Positions 36,012 to 46,035 of a stretch of DNA of 64,000 bases are shown here, piece by piece. Below the pieces are notes generated by a model. It worked only from the letters and a program-made list of their open reading frames with translations. It was not told where the DNA came from and did not search any database. The translations under genes were made by a program, and so were the position numbers. Origin of the DNA: Polyangiaceae bacterium (GTDB lineage: Bacteria > Myxococcota_A > Polyangia > Polyangiales > Polyangiaceae); assembly GCA_046351435.1 (NCBI GenBank), contig JAXLYN010000037.1:12977-76976 (forward strand), written 5' to 3'. Each line of letters begins with the position of its first letter. Positions within the stretch are counted from its first letter, which is position 1.

Positions 36012-36893
36012 TCACTCGCTGCGCGATTCCGCCCAGCGTTCGTCGCCCTCCGTGAGCCAACTCCACTCGCTGGAGATCGCCCGAGCCACCGCGCCGTCGT
36101 AGGTGTGCCCGGCGTTGCCGCCCGACACGACGCGCGCCGAAGCTCCCTCTCTTTCCAGCGCGCGCGCCGCGCTCTTGGCCGCCTGCACACAGCTCGCCTG
36201 GCCACACGCGAAGAGCACGCGAGTCACGCCCGCTTCGACGAACTGCTTGGCGCGCGCTCGGCCGAAGGCCTCGAACCCGCCCTCGGTGAACACCGCGCGC
36301 TCGAAGTTGCCCCCGCGGTTCACCACCAGGCTCTTGCCGAGGATCGCCCCGAGAGAGAAGCCGGTGTAGAGGACACGAGAGGCGTCGACGTGCTCCGGGT
36401 ACTTCGCTCGGAGAGCGCCCATGGCAGCAGCGAGCTCGCGTTCGGTGTTCGTGAGCGAGGAGTACTCCCAGCGGTCCTCGCTCTTGGGAGCGTCGCCGCG
36501 CGGGATGCCTCTCGGACACAGCACGAACGGAAACGCGCGCGTGATCTCGCGCCAGACCTCGCATTGCCACTCGGGTCGGTCGTAGTTGCCGTGTAGAGCC
36601 ACGACGACGGGGCGCTTCGCGGTCGCTCCGAGCGGCAGCGAGACCACTGCACTGCGAAACCCGGGCACTTCGAGGGGCGCGAGCGGTTCCGGCGCAGCGA
36701 GCGGTTCCGGCTTGCGCGGCGCGGGCGCGGCGAGCGGAACGCTGGCGCTTGGTGCTGCGCGTGCGCTCTCGACGGGTGCGCTCGGCGCGCCAGCGGAGAA
36801 CGCTCGCTCGCCCACCGGCGGTTCGGGCGTCCGCGTGCAGCCGGCGTCGAGCAACAGCGCGAACGAAACGACGAGCGGCGACGTCCGAAACAT
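36012..36893 (-). CDS. Putative alpha/beta-hydrolase lipoprotein (paralog of 7289..8107)
   Basis: ORF track, 293 aa. Lipobox LLLDAGC. VSLPLGATAKRPVVVALHGNYDRPEWQCEVW...FVLCPRG parallels the protein at 7289..8107. GFSLGA is a plausible nucleophile elbow. Confidence 0.65.
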   Translation of the reverse strand: MFRTSPLVVSFALLLDAGCTRTPEPPVGERAFSAGAPSAPVESARAAPSASVPLAAPAPRKPEPLAAPEPLAPLEVPGFRSAVVSLPLGATAKRPVVVALHGNYDRPEWQCEVWREITRAFPFVLCPRGIPRGDAPKSEDRWEYSSLTNTERELAAAMGALRAKYPEHVDASRVLYTGFSLGAILGKSLVVNRGGNFERAVFTEGGFEAFGRARAKQFVEAGVTRVLFACGQASCVQAAKSAARALEREGASARVVSGGNAGHTYDGAVARAISSEWSWLTEGDERWAESRSE

Positions 36894-36937
36894 CCTCCGC
36901 TCAGTGATACGCCGCGGGCCGGCGGCGCGCGAGCGCC

Positions 36938-37738
36938 CTATTCGTTCGCAAGCGTGATCTCGTTGCCGCCTTCGTCATGGTGCTTGGTCATGCCGAAAGA
37001 CATGTCGACGTCGTACGCGGCAACGGCCTGGAATGCCTGAGCCCAAGTCCCGGGCGTGTGTCGGATCACCAGCTTGCCGTGGGCGCCGGCGGGGAGCTTC
37101 TCGTAGAAGGCTGCGCTCTCCTTCGGGTCTTCGAGCATGGCTCGGAAGCGCGTGGCGTCCTCCAAAACGCTCCGGGGGATTTCTGGCCAATAGACCGTCT
37201 CGTTCACGGATTCGCCGAGGTCGTTCATCGTCGCGGTCGCCAATGAGTCGACGACGGGAATGGACCCGAACTTCCGATGAATGACGGAGGAGTACGACTC
37301 GAGCTGCCACGCGTCGGGTGGCTCGGTGCCCGTTCCTCCCGCGCTCATCGAGGTGTTCACGCTGACGGAGTCGATCTGGTCGTCCTGCAAACCCGCCCCG
37401 ACGAGGTACGCACGCACCGCTGCGTTGTGGGTCTCGGCGTCGCCGGTGAGCGGCGGGCGCAAGGTCGGTGGGGCGCCCGAATTCGGCAGCCCCATGACCA
37501 TTCGAGTCGTCTGGTGCGTGGCGAACACGCCCCATTCGCCGATCACTTTGTCGACTCCGAACTCGGACTTTTGACTCGAGACCTGTCCCAGCGCGAAACG
37601 CGATTTGCCGAGCACGTGAACGTACCCGGGCATCTCGGAGATCGGCTCGCTTCGCGTCGAGCTGCCCGACGGTTGCGATGGCGCTTCACTGCAGGCGAGT
37701 GCGGAAAGAGCACCTGCCAGCGCGACACATGTTTTCAT
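36938..37738 (-). CDS. Hypothetical lipoprotein
   Basis: ORF track 36938..37810. Start placed at ATG 37738 (MKTCVALAGALSALACSEAP, with lipobox). Confidence 0.6.
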   Translation of the reverse strand: MKTCVALAGALSALACSEAPSQPSGSSTRSEPISEMPGYVHVLGKSRFALGQVSSQKSEFGVDKVIGEWGVFATHQTTRMVMGLPNSGAPPTLRPPLTGDAETHNAAVRAYLVGAGLQDDQIDSVSVNTSMSAGGTGTEPPDAWQLESYSSVIHRKFGSIPVVDSLATATMNDLGESVNETVYWPEIPRSVLEDATRFRAMLEDPKESAAFYEKLPAGAHGKLVIRHTPGTWAQAFQAVAAYDVDMSFGMTKHHDEGGNEITLANE

Positions 37739-37870
37739 TCTGCCCTCCCGACTCCATGTTCCCACGCAGAAGAACGCCTGGCGAGGAAGTCGGGCCAGCG
37801 GACTGCGCAAGAATTTCCCGCGCGGGCAGGCTCGCCCTACCCGGCGCGAGCGGACATGGCTGGAGCCCTT

Positions 37871-39919
37871 TCAACACCAGAGGTTGAAGATCCACGTGCC
37901 GCGACTTCGCTCCCAATGCACGACGGGGACCAGCGCGGCCGTCGCCGTCACCTGGGCGAGGGCACCGAGTATTTCGTGTTCCCGAAACCGAAAGCCGCAT
38001 GGGTAGTGCACGACGAACTCCGGGCACATTCCGTCGACGGCAAACGCGAAGCCATCGCGCCCGCGGCAGCGGATGCCGTCGAGGGAGCCGTCCGTCTCGC
38101 CCTTGCGATTCGATCGCGGCGGGGGCTGACCGCGAAACGCCCGCGCCAGCGCGGCGTCGATGATGCGGCGAAGCTCTACTTCGCGCTCGCCTTCTTTCGT
38201 CCCCGCTCCGAGCTCGCGCTGATCGACTCCTTCGAGACCCCACACCACACGCGCCTCGGGCAACTCGACGGGGGCCAGGCGCACCTCGGGCACGTTGCCC
38301 TCGTCGGACTGCATCATCATGAATGACGGCCCTTCGTCGGGCTCACTCAGCGGTGGGGGCCGGCTGAAGTCGAAGGCCTGCTCCCAGGTGTCTTCCGTCT
38401 CCTCTTGCTTCGAATCGGGAGAGCGCACCGGCTGGAACAGGTGACGCTTCTTACCGTCGGGGATCGAGTAGCGACCGTAGACGAGCTCGGCCAGACGAGA
38501 ATCTTCTCGGCAGAACGTTTCGATGACCGCCAGGGCGTTCGCGGCCGGAAATTTCCCTCCGCTGAGCACGAGCTGAAAGGTCTGCGGGTTCTGCGCGGTG
38601 TACACGGCGACCTTGGGGTCCTTCTCGGCGAGCATCCTCGACGCTGCCTTCTGCAGATTGGCGTCGATCCAGAGGGCATCTTCTTGGCTGATTTTCTGGG
38701 AAAACGTGAGCCAGAACACCAAGCCTTCGGTCTTGCCGAGCTTGGCCGACGTCACCCCCCCCGGTGAAGCGGCCAGTACGGCGAGAGGCTGTTTGCCGAG
38801 CGACTTGGCCCGCAGGCGATACAGCGCGTAGGCCGCACCGTGCGCGCTCGGCGGGCGCGCGGCGATTCCCAACGCGTGTTCCGTCGCCGCGAGCTCTTCC
38901 AACAGCACGAGCGCGTCCGGGTCGGCGATCTCTTCCGCCGCGATGGTTCGCAGAGCTGGAATCGGATCGCAAAGCATCGGTCGCATGGCGGCGAGGTCGC
39001 GGCGCTCGGTCGCTTCGTCGAACAGAACCGCACGCGTGCCCGGATCGGTCTCCGCAGAAGGGCCCGAGGTCGCGAGCCAGACCGCCATGGCCTTGGCCCA
39101 GGCCACGTCGTTGGGCGAGCCCTCGACTCCGTGTTGCTCGAGTTGGAGCGCTTCGTCTGCGAACAGCCGCGCGCGCGCCGACTCGCCGCGCATGGTCGCG
39201 CCCAACGCCAGCGCGCGCAGCGTCGCATGAGGTCCAGCGTCGCGATCCGCTTCGACACAGGCCAGGAGCCGCGCCCAATCTCGCGCCGAGAGTCGCCGCA
39301 GGCCGTCGAAGCCTGGCGAATATGGCCTCGAGTCCGCGCCCGACGCTTTCTTCAGCAGTGCGTCGAGTGTCTCTGCGTGCAGCTCGGCCGGGAAACCGTG
39401 TTCGGAGAGCCAGGCGCGTACACCGCGCGCCCACGCAGGGTCGCCTTCCTCCACCGCCAGCTCGGCGAGCGACCCGAGGACGAATGGGTTGGTCGGGTCG
39501 AAGCGCAACGCGCGCTCGAAAAAGAGCCGCGCCGCTGCCGGTTCGCCGAGTCGCTGGAGGGTCCAGCCCACGTTCCCCACGACCTGCCCCGCCAGCGTCG
39601 GGTGCCACGACGGCGTGAACGGCAGAGTTTCCAAGCGAACGGCCAGCGCGCGCTCGTAGTCCTCGATGCCGTCGAGCGCGCCAGCGAGGACACCGTCGTG
39701 AAGCATCGGCGAGCGATGGCGTGCGGCGATCTCCGTGAGCTCATCGATGGCTTTCTCTCGTGCTTTGCCCTTGCCCGTGCGCGCTCGCTGCTGCACCTTC
39801 TGGAACGCTTCGTTGTCGAGGTCGTTTGCGAACGTCAGACAAAGCGGGCCCAGCGCGCCCACGTCAGCCGCCTCGAACTCCACCCAAGCCGCTTCGGCCG
39901 CATCGCTCGCCTTGCCCAT
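37871..39919 (-). CDS. Large cytoplasmic protein of unknown function (helical/TPR-like N-terminal half)
   Basis: ORF track, 682 aa. No signal peptide. Helical repeat-like segments (LGEPAAARLFFERALRFDPTNPFVLGSLAELAVEEGD). No catalytic motif recognised. Confidence 0.6.
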   Translation of the reverse strand: MGKASDAAEAAWVEFEAADVGALGPLCLTFANDLDNEAFQKVQQRARTGKGKAREKAIDELTEIAARHRSPMLHDGVLAGALDGIEDYERALAVRLETLPFTPSWHPTLAGQVVGNVGWTLQRLGEPAAARLFFERALRFDPTNPFVLGSLAELAVEEGDPAWARGVRAWLSEHGFPAELHAETLDALLKKASGADSRPYSPGFDGLRRLSARDWARLLACVEADRDAGPHATLRALALGATMRGESARARLFADEALQLEQHGVEGSPNDVAWAKAMAVWLATSGPSAETDPGTRAVLFDEATERRDLAAMRPMLCDPIPALRTIAAEEIADPDALVLLEELAATEHALGIAARPPSAHGAAYALYRLRAKSLGKQPLAVLAASPGGVTSAKLGKTEGLVFWLTFSQKISQEDALWIDANLQKAASRMLAEKDPKVAVYTAQNPQTFQLVLSGGKFPAANALAVIETFCREDSRLAELVYGRYSIPDGKKRHLFQPVRSPDSKQEETEDTWEQAFDFSRPPPLSEPDEGPSFMMMQSDEGNVPEVRLAPVELPEARVVWGLEGVDQRELGAGTKEGEREVELRRIIDAALARAFRGQPPPRSNRKGETDGSLDGIRCRGRDGFAFAVDGMCPEFVVHYPCGFRFREHEILGALAQVTATAALVPVVHWERSRGTWIFNLWC

Positions 39920-39970
39920 GGGAGCACGCTAGCGAACCCGCGCTGGGCGCGCGAGCGCGAGCTGGCCGGG

Positions 39971-40450
39971 TCAGGTCGGTCCCGAAGCTCGAGCTCGCAG
40001 CCACGCCACCCACGCCTCGATCTCCACGAAGACGTAGATTCGGCCCGCGCGCTGGACGAATTCGCCGTAGCCAGGTCCAGTCGCGCGCCAAGGACGACAG
40101 CGTAACAGTGGTTGCACGAGCGGCGCCCCGAGGTCCGCAGCGTGCGTGTCGAGGCTGATATACTCGACCGTACCCCCGGGCGACGACTCCACGCTGCCGA
40201 ACTCCACGGCGGCCTCGCAGCATTCACACGTCGCGCGCCAACCTGCCGGAGCGGCATGTACGTCCCGAAGCGGCACCCGAGCGCGAAACCGTTGGACGAG
40301 GCGGTCGCGATCCTCGCTCGAAAGTACGCCCGAGGTGAGCCCCCACTGGCGCGCCAGCGCGCGGAAACGAGGGAATCTGCACGGACAACCGCCGTCGAGG
40401 TAGCTGTCGTAGAGTCGTTCGACTGCGCGCACGAGTTCCTCGTGGTCCAT
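39971..40450 (-). CDS. Hypothetical 159-aa Cys-containing protein
   Basis: ORF track 39971..40951. Start placed at ATG 40450 (MDHEELVRAVERLYDSYLDGGCPCRF...CECCEAAVEF). Divergent from the DUF4265-ankyrin gene. Confidence 0.45.
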   Translation of the reverse strand: MDHEELVRAVERLYDSYLDGGCPCRFPRFRALARQWGLTSGVLSSEDRDRLVQRFRARVPLRDVHAAPAGWRATCECCEAAVEFGSVESSPGGTVEYISLDTHAADLGAPLVQPLLRCRPWRATGPGYGEFVQRAGRIYVFVEIEAWVAWLRARASGPT

Positions 40451-40525
40451 CGCCCGAACGTTCGCACGCGAGTCCGGTCGAGGAAAGCGCGCGCAAGGTC
40501 GTCGGATGACCGCTAGCATCTGGCC

Positions 40526-41593
40526 ATGGCAAACGAACCCGTGCGCGTCGTGTTCCATCGGCGGGGTCGCGACGTCGAAACCGCGTGGTGCGTGCCGCTG
40601 TCGAAGCCCAATCAATACCGGCTCGACAACGTGCTCTTCCTCCACGAAAAGCCGGTCTGCGGAGACGTCATCGAGGCCCGCCCCGCGCGAGCCTTCGACG
40701 GCGAGCTCGCGTTTTCGAGAGTGGTGAAAGCGTGCGGTCGTCATGTGATGATCCTCGACTATCCGGAGCACCGCGACTTCGCGCGACTCTCGAGCTTCGT
40801 GCGCAAGCGCTTCGACGCCGTGTGCGAAGGTTGCTTCGGCCCGGAAGACGGCGAGCCCGGTCGCCTCTACCTGGCCGTGCCCAAGCGTCACCGGCCCAGC
40901 GAGGTCTTCACCCAGGCCGCGAGCGAGGTGGCCGGTCTGATCGGCGTGCACCCGAAGCTCGGCGCAAAGAAGACGCCGAAGAAGAAGAAGAAGAAGGTCG
41001 CGGCGAAGCGCCCGGTGGCCAAGGCCTCACTTTTCGACGCCGTCAGGAACAACGACGTCGCAGCCTTCGCGAGGCTGGGCAAGAGCGACCTCGGCCTGCG
41101 GGACAAACACGGCTGCTCGCTCCTGTTCCATGCGGTGCTCGAGGGCCGGCTCGAGATCGTGAAGCGGATGATCGATGCGGGCGCAGCCGTCGATCCCCGA
41201 TCGAAACGCGAGCCGGCGCCGCTCTTGGCCGCCGCCATGCGAAACCGTCCCAAGGAGGCTGCGCTGCTCCTCGCCTCCGGGGCGAAGCCCGAGCTCGCGT
41301 CGGACAAAGACGGAGACCCGGTGCTGGTCACGGCCGCGTTTCGCGAGAGCCTCGGCGTCGTGCGCGCGCTCCTCACGCGGCCTCACGAAGCAACGGTCAA
41401 GTCTCGTGCGCTCATCGAGGCCGCGGGCGAAGGGAACCTCTCGATAGTCAAGGCCCTGGTAAAGCACGGCGCCGATCCCAATTGGAAGAGCAAGCGCGGC
41501 AACACCGCCCTCGCCATCGCCCGCAAGCGGAAGCGGAAAGAGATCGTTCGCTACTTCACGGGCCTCGGCGGGCGCCCGGCTACTTCCCGCTGA
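40526..41593 (+). CDS. DUF4265-like N-terminal domain fused to ankyrin repeats via a poly-Lys linker
   Basis: ORF track, 355 aa. The N-terminus VRVVFHRRGRDVETAWCVPLSKPNQYRLDNVLFLHEKPVCGDVIEA fits the DUF4265 pattern (from memory). Linker KKTPKKKKKKVAAKRP. The C-terminal half has ANK-like repeats (GCSLLFHAVLEGRLEIVKRMIDAGAAVD, GNTALAIARKRKRKEIVRYF). Confidence 0.65.
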   Translation: MANEPVRVVFHRRGRDVETAWCVPLSKPNQYRLDNVLFLHEKPVCGDVIEARPARAFDGELAFSRVVKACGRHVMILDYPEHRDFARLSSFVRKRFDAVCEGCFGPEDGEPGRLYLAVPKRHRPSEVFTQAASEVAGLIGVHPKLGAKKTPKKKKKKVAAKRPVAKASLFDAVRNNDVAAFARLGKSDLGLRDKHGCSLLFHAVLEGRLEIVKRMIDAGAAVDPRSKREPAPLLAAAMRNRPKEAALLLASGAKPELASDKDGDPVLVTAAFRESLGVVRALLTRPHEATVKSRALIEAAGEGNLSIVKALVKHGADPNWKSKRGNTALAIARKRKRKEIVRYFTGLGGRPATSR

Positions 41594-42965
41594 TCTCCAG
41601 CACCGCCGGATCGCCCTTCGGGCCCGCGGTGACCGCGAGCGAGCCCGGCGTCGCCTCGGTGACGCAACCGTCGCACGCGACCTCGAAGCCGTTCGGGTAG
41701 ACGCGGTCGGGGACACGGATCACCGTGGGCGTCTTGACGTGCGCGTCGGGGTGCCAGGTCAACGTGAACTTGCGCGACGTGGGGTCGAAGTCCCACGAGA
41801 CGGGGTCGCCCGCGATCCAATGGGGCGCGGGTCGAATCAGCACGTCTTCGAGCACCGCCTTCGGGCCGTGATCGTCCTCGAGCATACCGTAGCCGTGCGA
41901 GTTCGCGTCGTACGCCCAGTAGGTGTTGGCGGCGGCCACCGCGGCGGCACCGTCGTAGTTCGCATCCATGTATTCGGTGATGCCGGCCTTCTCGGTGGGC
42001 CCGCCGTATTCACCGATCCAGAGCGCGGCCCCGAGGGAGCGAGCTTCCTCGGCGAGGAGCTCGATGTTGCTGACGAACTGCGCGCGGGCCTTGGGATCGA
42101 AGCCCTGGCCTTGCTCGGCGGACGAATTGTACGAGTGCGGAGCATAGACCACACCCTCGAACGGGAACGGCTCGAAGCTCGTCGGATTGCCCAGGTTGCG
42201 ACTGGCGCCGGGTTCGAGGAACGCGAGCCACTCCGGGGCGACCTCTCGGACCTTGGGCACGACCTTCTCGTAGAACGGTTGGAGCTTCTCGACGTCGAAC
42301 GCGCTCATGCCCGAGCTGCCCCAGTGCGGCTCGTTCATCACATCGAAACCGACGACCGCGTCGTTGTCGGCGAGACGCGCTGCGACCCGCCGCCAGGCTT
42401 CGATGTAGTGGTCCATGAGCTCCTCGGAGGCGTAGAACCCGTCGACGCAGTCCTGCACGTTGGGGTCGAGATAGTTCAGAAACCACTGCGACGCCGGGGT
42501 GAATGCTTGGTAGTGCGCCTCGTCGCAGGTCCAGCGGGGTGCGCCGTCGCCACCTCCCGTGGCGAAACCCTCGCCGTAGACGTCTTGGTGCATGTCGAGC
42601 ACGACGCTGAGACCGGCATCGCGCGCCCAAGCGGCGCGAAGCGCGACTTCGTCGAGGTAGCTCTCGTCGTACTTGCCCTTCTCGGGCTCGATCGCGGCCC
42701 AGAGGATCAACAAGCGGATGTTCGTCATCCCCCAGTGGTCGCGCAGAGCCGCGTAGTCCGGCGCTGCGTGGAACCCGAAATAGGGCGCCGCCTTGTGCGC
42801 ACCCGCGAGGTTCGCCCCCCGGAGGATGGCGCGCCGGCCGTCGGGCGCGCGGATGAATCCGTCTTTCACCGTCCAGCGCGCAGGCTGTGTCTCTTCGGGT
42901 GCCTCTTCGCTGCCACAACCGACGAGCAGCAACAGAGCCAAGAGGGAGCCGACGGCGCGAGGCAT
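41580..42965 (-). CDS. Glycoside hydrolase family 5 lipoprotein
   Basis: ORF track 41580..43106. Start at ATG 42965 (MPRAVGSLLALLLLVGC). GFDVMNEPH (acid/base Glu) and LWIGEYGG (nucleophile Glu) are GH5 hallmarks. Confidence 0.8.
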   Translation of the reverse strand: MPRAVGSLLALLLLVGCGSEEAPEETQPARWTVKDGFIRAPDGRRAILRGANLAGAHKAAPYFGFHAAPDYAALRDHWGMTNIRLLILWAAIEPEKGKYDESYLDEVALRAAWARDAGLSVVLDMHQDVYGEGFATGGGDGAPRWTCDEAHYQAFTPASQWFLNYLDPNVQDCVDGFYASEELMDHYIEAWRRVAARLADNDAVVGFDVMNEPHWGSSGMSAFDVEKLQPFYEKVVPKVREVAPEWLAFLEPGASRNLGNPTSFEPFPFEGVVYAPHSYNSSAEQGQGFDPKARAQFVSNIELLAEEARSLGAALWIGEYGGPTEKAGITEYMDANYDGAAAVAAANTYWAYDANSHGYGMLEDDHGPKAVLEDVLIRPAPHWIAGDPVSWDFDPTSRKFTLTWHPDAHVKTPTVIRVPDRVYPNGFEVACDGCVTEATPGSLAVTAGPKGDPAVLEISGK

Positions 42966-43003
42966 GCGCGGAGATTGTCGCGCTCGCGCCGCCTTTCGTC
43001 GAG

Positions 43004-44983
43004 TCACTTCGCACGGCAGGGCAGCGCTGCGGTCCCGAGCTCGCAGGCCCCGATGTCGGGGCTCTTCCCGGCGAACGGGAGCGACACCGTAGCGGTCTCG
43101 ACCCAACTGCGTGGTTCGGCGAGCGTCAGCGTGTGCGAGTCGTAGTCGACGTGCGTGACCCGCACCGCAGCCTCGGCTCCGATCACCAGGAGGTCGCCTT
43201 CGCCCGCTACGCCGTAACCGTCGAAGAAGTAACCGGACTGCTCGACCGTCAGAGTCTGACTGGCCTTGCCCGCGTTCTTGGCGCGGGTCTGGAAGCGCCC
43301 TCGGTCGATGGCGGGGGAGCTCGCTTGCAAGCCGAAGTCGTACGGGAAGTACTGCTGAACGTTCTCGAACGAGATCGTCGGGGCGAAGGCGGGCTTCGTC
43401 GGGTCGGCGTGCGCATAGGAGAACTCGGGAACGTCGGGGACGTTCACGAACAGGGGATCTGCGACCAAGCTGTGGGCCTCTTTGCCGGTCACCGTGCTCT
43501 CCTTTCCGAGGAGCGTTCGCCAGGTGTCGAACGCGAGATGGGCGCCGTTGCTCGCGAACGCGGGTGCTCCGTCCTTCTCGAAGTAGAGATTGTGGTCGAG
43601 CAGGTGATCCCCGACGAACCCGACGTTGATTGCAGCGTCGGCTTGGTTGACCACCAGGTTGTTGAAGAAGTCGGCATCGGCGAAGCCCATGCTCGCCGCC
43701 ACGAACAGCGGCTTCGTGTCTTCATGGCTGCTGTTCGGACCGGCGAAGTCGCGATTGTTGCCGACGAAAGTGTTGTTGTAGGTGTGCCAACCGTGCTCGA
43801 TCAACGAGACGCCTCCGCAGTTGTCGTAGAGCACGTTGTTGCGAATGATGACCCGACCCGAGTTCTTGTTGCTGCCGTGCATGATCGTGGCGGGACAGAA
43901 GCGCTCGGAGGTGGGCCCGGTGGGCCCCGTCTTGATTCCAGTACCGTCGTTGTCGCCTAGGCTCGCGGTGATCAAGTTGCCCTCGATCACGACGTCACCG
44001 GCCGACTTGAGATCGATGGCGTTCTCGGCATTGAAGAAGAAGATGTTGCCCCGAATGATGAGGCCGCGTGTCGTCACGTCTTCGGGACCCACCGCAGCGT
44101 CCGTCTGAATGCCGTCGGACGTCAGACTCCCTCCGAGCAGGTTGCCCTCGATCAGTTGGCCGAGCGGCGTCGGGTCGGAACAACCCGAGACGAGCTCGTG
44201 GTGGACGTTGTTCACGATGGCGTTGCCGCGAACCAAAGCGCTCTTGGCACAACCGATGGCGAGGCCGATGTGCCATCCCGAGACCGTGCTTTGCTCCAGG
44301 CGGAAGCCGCTGGAGTCGCCCGCTTGGATGCCTCGCGGGTTGTGGTAGGAGACCGCAGGCTTCGCGTTCACCACGCGTACGCCAAGAAGCTCGACGGAGC
44401 TCGAGCCAGCTGCGACCACGGTGGCCCCTTCGACGGCCGGCGCGGCCGAGAGGTCCAACCGATAGAGTGTCACGAAGGCCTTGCCGGTGAGGTCGGCGCT
44501 CACGCCATCGGCGCCCGTGACGCGCACCTTCTCCTCGCCGAACGCCGCGTAGGTGATGCGCGCGGCGCTCGTGCCGTTCGCGGATGGGCGAATTCGCTCC
44601 GCATAGGTTCCGGCACGCAGGCAAATCGCATCGCCCGCCTTGGCAGTTTGGTTGGCCTTGGTGATGGTGCGAAACGGCGAGCTCTCGGAGCCGTCGTTGG
44701 AATCCGAGCCCGTGTTCGCGACGAACTTGGTACAGCCCTCGAACGGCGGCAGCGGCGCTGGCTTCTTCGGCGGGTCGCCGACCACGGCGCCGCCATCATC
44801 ACCGGAAGCGCCGCCGGCTCCTCCGCTCGGCTCGATCCCTACACCCGCACCACCACCTGCTGCGGCTCCGGCAGCACCGCTGCTTCCTCCGCTCGCCGGC
44901 GGGGGCGCATCGCCGCTGGACTCGACGCAGCCAGAAACGGAGGTGCCGAGGAGCAGGGCGAAGAATGCGGTCGAGGTTTGCAT
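43004..44983 (-). CDS. Right-handed parallel beta-helix repeat lipoprotein (pectate-lyase-fold)
   Basis: ORF track 43004..45166. Start at ATG 44983 (MQTSTAFFALLLGTSVSGC). Repeated motifs xRGNxIxxN / IIRNNVLYDN and IRGNIFFFNAENAIDL. Confidence 0.75.
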   Translation of the reverse strand: MQTSTAFFALLLGTSVSGCVESSGDAPPPASGGSSGAAGAAAGGGAGVGIEPSGGAGGASGDDGGAVVGDPPKKPAPLPPFEGCTKFVANTGSDSNDGSESSPFRTITKANQTAKAGDAICLRAGTYAERIRPSANGTSAARITYAAFGEEKVRVTGADGVSADLTGKAFVTLYRLDLSAAPAVEGATVVAAGSSSVELLGVRVVNAKPAVSYHNPRGIQAGDSSGFRLEQSTVSGWHIGLAIGCAKSALVRGNAIVNNVHHELVSGCSDPTPLGQLIEGNLLGGSLTSDGIQTDAAVGPEDVTTRGLIIRGNIFFFNAENAIDLKSAGDVVIEGNLITASLGDNDGTGIKTGPTGPTSERFCPATIMHGSNKNSGRVIIRNNVLYDNCGGVSLIEHGWHTYNNTFVGNNRDFAGPNSSHEDTKPLFVAASMGFADADFFNNLVVNQADAAINVGFVGDHLLDHNLYFEKDGAPAFASNGAHLAFDTWRTLLGKESTVTGKEAHSLVADPLFVNVPDVPEFSYAHADPTKPAFAPTISFENVQQYFPYDFGLQASSPAIDRGRFQTRAKNAGKASQTLTVEQSGYFFDGYGVAGEGDLLVIGAEAAVRVTHVDYDSHTLTLAEPRSWVETATVSLPFAGKSPDIGACELGTAALPCRAK

Positions 44984-45156
44984 GGGGAAGCTCACAGCAA
45001 AGCGCGTGCCTCGGGCAAAAGCGGGCACTTCGCGCCGCCCCGCACCCTCGGAGTGCGCGCTGCCAGAGCACACCTCGGAGCGTGTGTGCGCTCTGCTAGC
45101 GCGCACGTCGCGAGCTTCCAGGCAACCGGCGGAGAGCTGGATCCGACAAGGCGCCC

Positions 45157-46035
45157 ATGAGCGCACCCGTCACCGCCGCGCGGACCGGTCGAGCCAGGCT
45201 CGACCCCGAACCGCAGGGGACCGAAGAAGCTCCCCCCCGACCCGCCAAGCCCCAGAAGCCCGAGACCTGCAAGAAGAGCGTCGATTCCCTGGTCCAGGGC
45301 TACCGCCGCCCCGTACCGAAACCAATGCTGTCCGCGCTCGAACCATCGGCGCCGGTGGAGGTGCGGATGCGCGCGGGTGCAGCTCTCGCGACCCTCGAGG
45401 AAAAGTTCGATCGATCCAAGCGAGTGCTCGAACGTGTCATCCAGGTCCGCGAGGCCCGCGCGAAACAAGCCAAGGAGCGCGCCATCCAGGATGCCAAGCA
45501 AGGCATCTTCCGTGAAGGCATCAGCGAGACGCCCTGGCACCACGAACTCCAGGCCGACACCGCGAGGAAACTCCTCAAGCAACTCAAGGTCGAGTTCGGC
45601 GAGGCCAAGCACGCCCACGAGGTGCTGCTCGGTCTGGCGAAGGGCGCGGCAGTGCGTCAGGGTTCGAAGGAGAACGCGAGAGTCACCGGCCCCGGCACGG
45701 CAGAGGAGCGCTTCTTGGCGCGCCTCGATCGCTGCAACCGCTCCATCGACAGCCTGAAGTCTTCCGGAATCGTAGGGGCGTTGGCGGTGGGCGCGAAGGT
45801 CGGCCTCGTGGCCATCCAAGGTCGTGAGTTCGACGACCTCGATCGCCAGGAGCTCACGCTCTACACCGAGCTCGCCAACATCGCGAACGTTCCCATCGGC
45901 ATCATCGCGGAACGTGGGCGCGTGAACGCGGCGGCGGCTTCTCCAGCTCCAGGCGTCGACTACCGCGACGCTCCCAAAGATGCGACCCGTGACCTCGACT
46001 TCGACGCCCGCTACTCCCGCGCGCTCGATCGGTGA
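45157..46035 (+). CDS. Hypothetical protein (coiled-coil-rich)
   Basis: ORF track, 292 aa. GC3-rich. No recognised family. Confidence 0.55.
   Translation: MSAPVTAARTGRARLDPEPQGTEEAPPRPAKPQKPETCKKSVDSLVQGYRRPVPKPMLSALEPSAPVEVRMRAGAALATLEEKFDRSKRVLERVIQVREARAKQAKERAIQDAKQGIFREGISETPWHHELQADTARKLLKQLKVEFGEAKHAHEVLLGLAKGAAVRQGSKENARVTGPGTAEERFLARLDRCNRSIDSLKSSGIVGALAVGAKVGLVAIQGREFDDLDRQELTLYTELANIANVPIGIIAERGRVNAAAASPAPGVDYRDAPKDATRDLDFDARYSRALDR

Noticed and set aside
40978-40996. AAG-repeat run (six Lys codons) as a slippery or phase-variable tract
   Set aside because: It is an in-frame trinucleotide repeat, so length changes would only add or remove Lys residues. I treat it as a basic linker.
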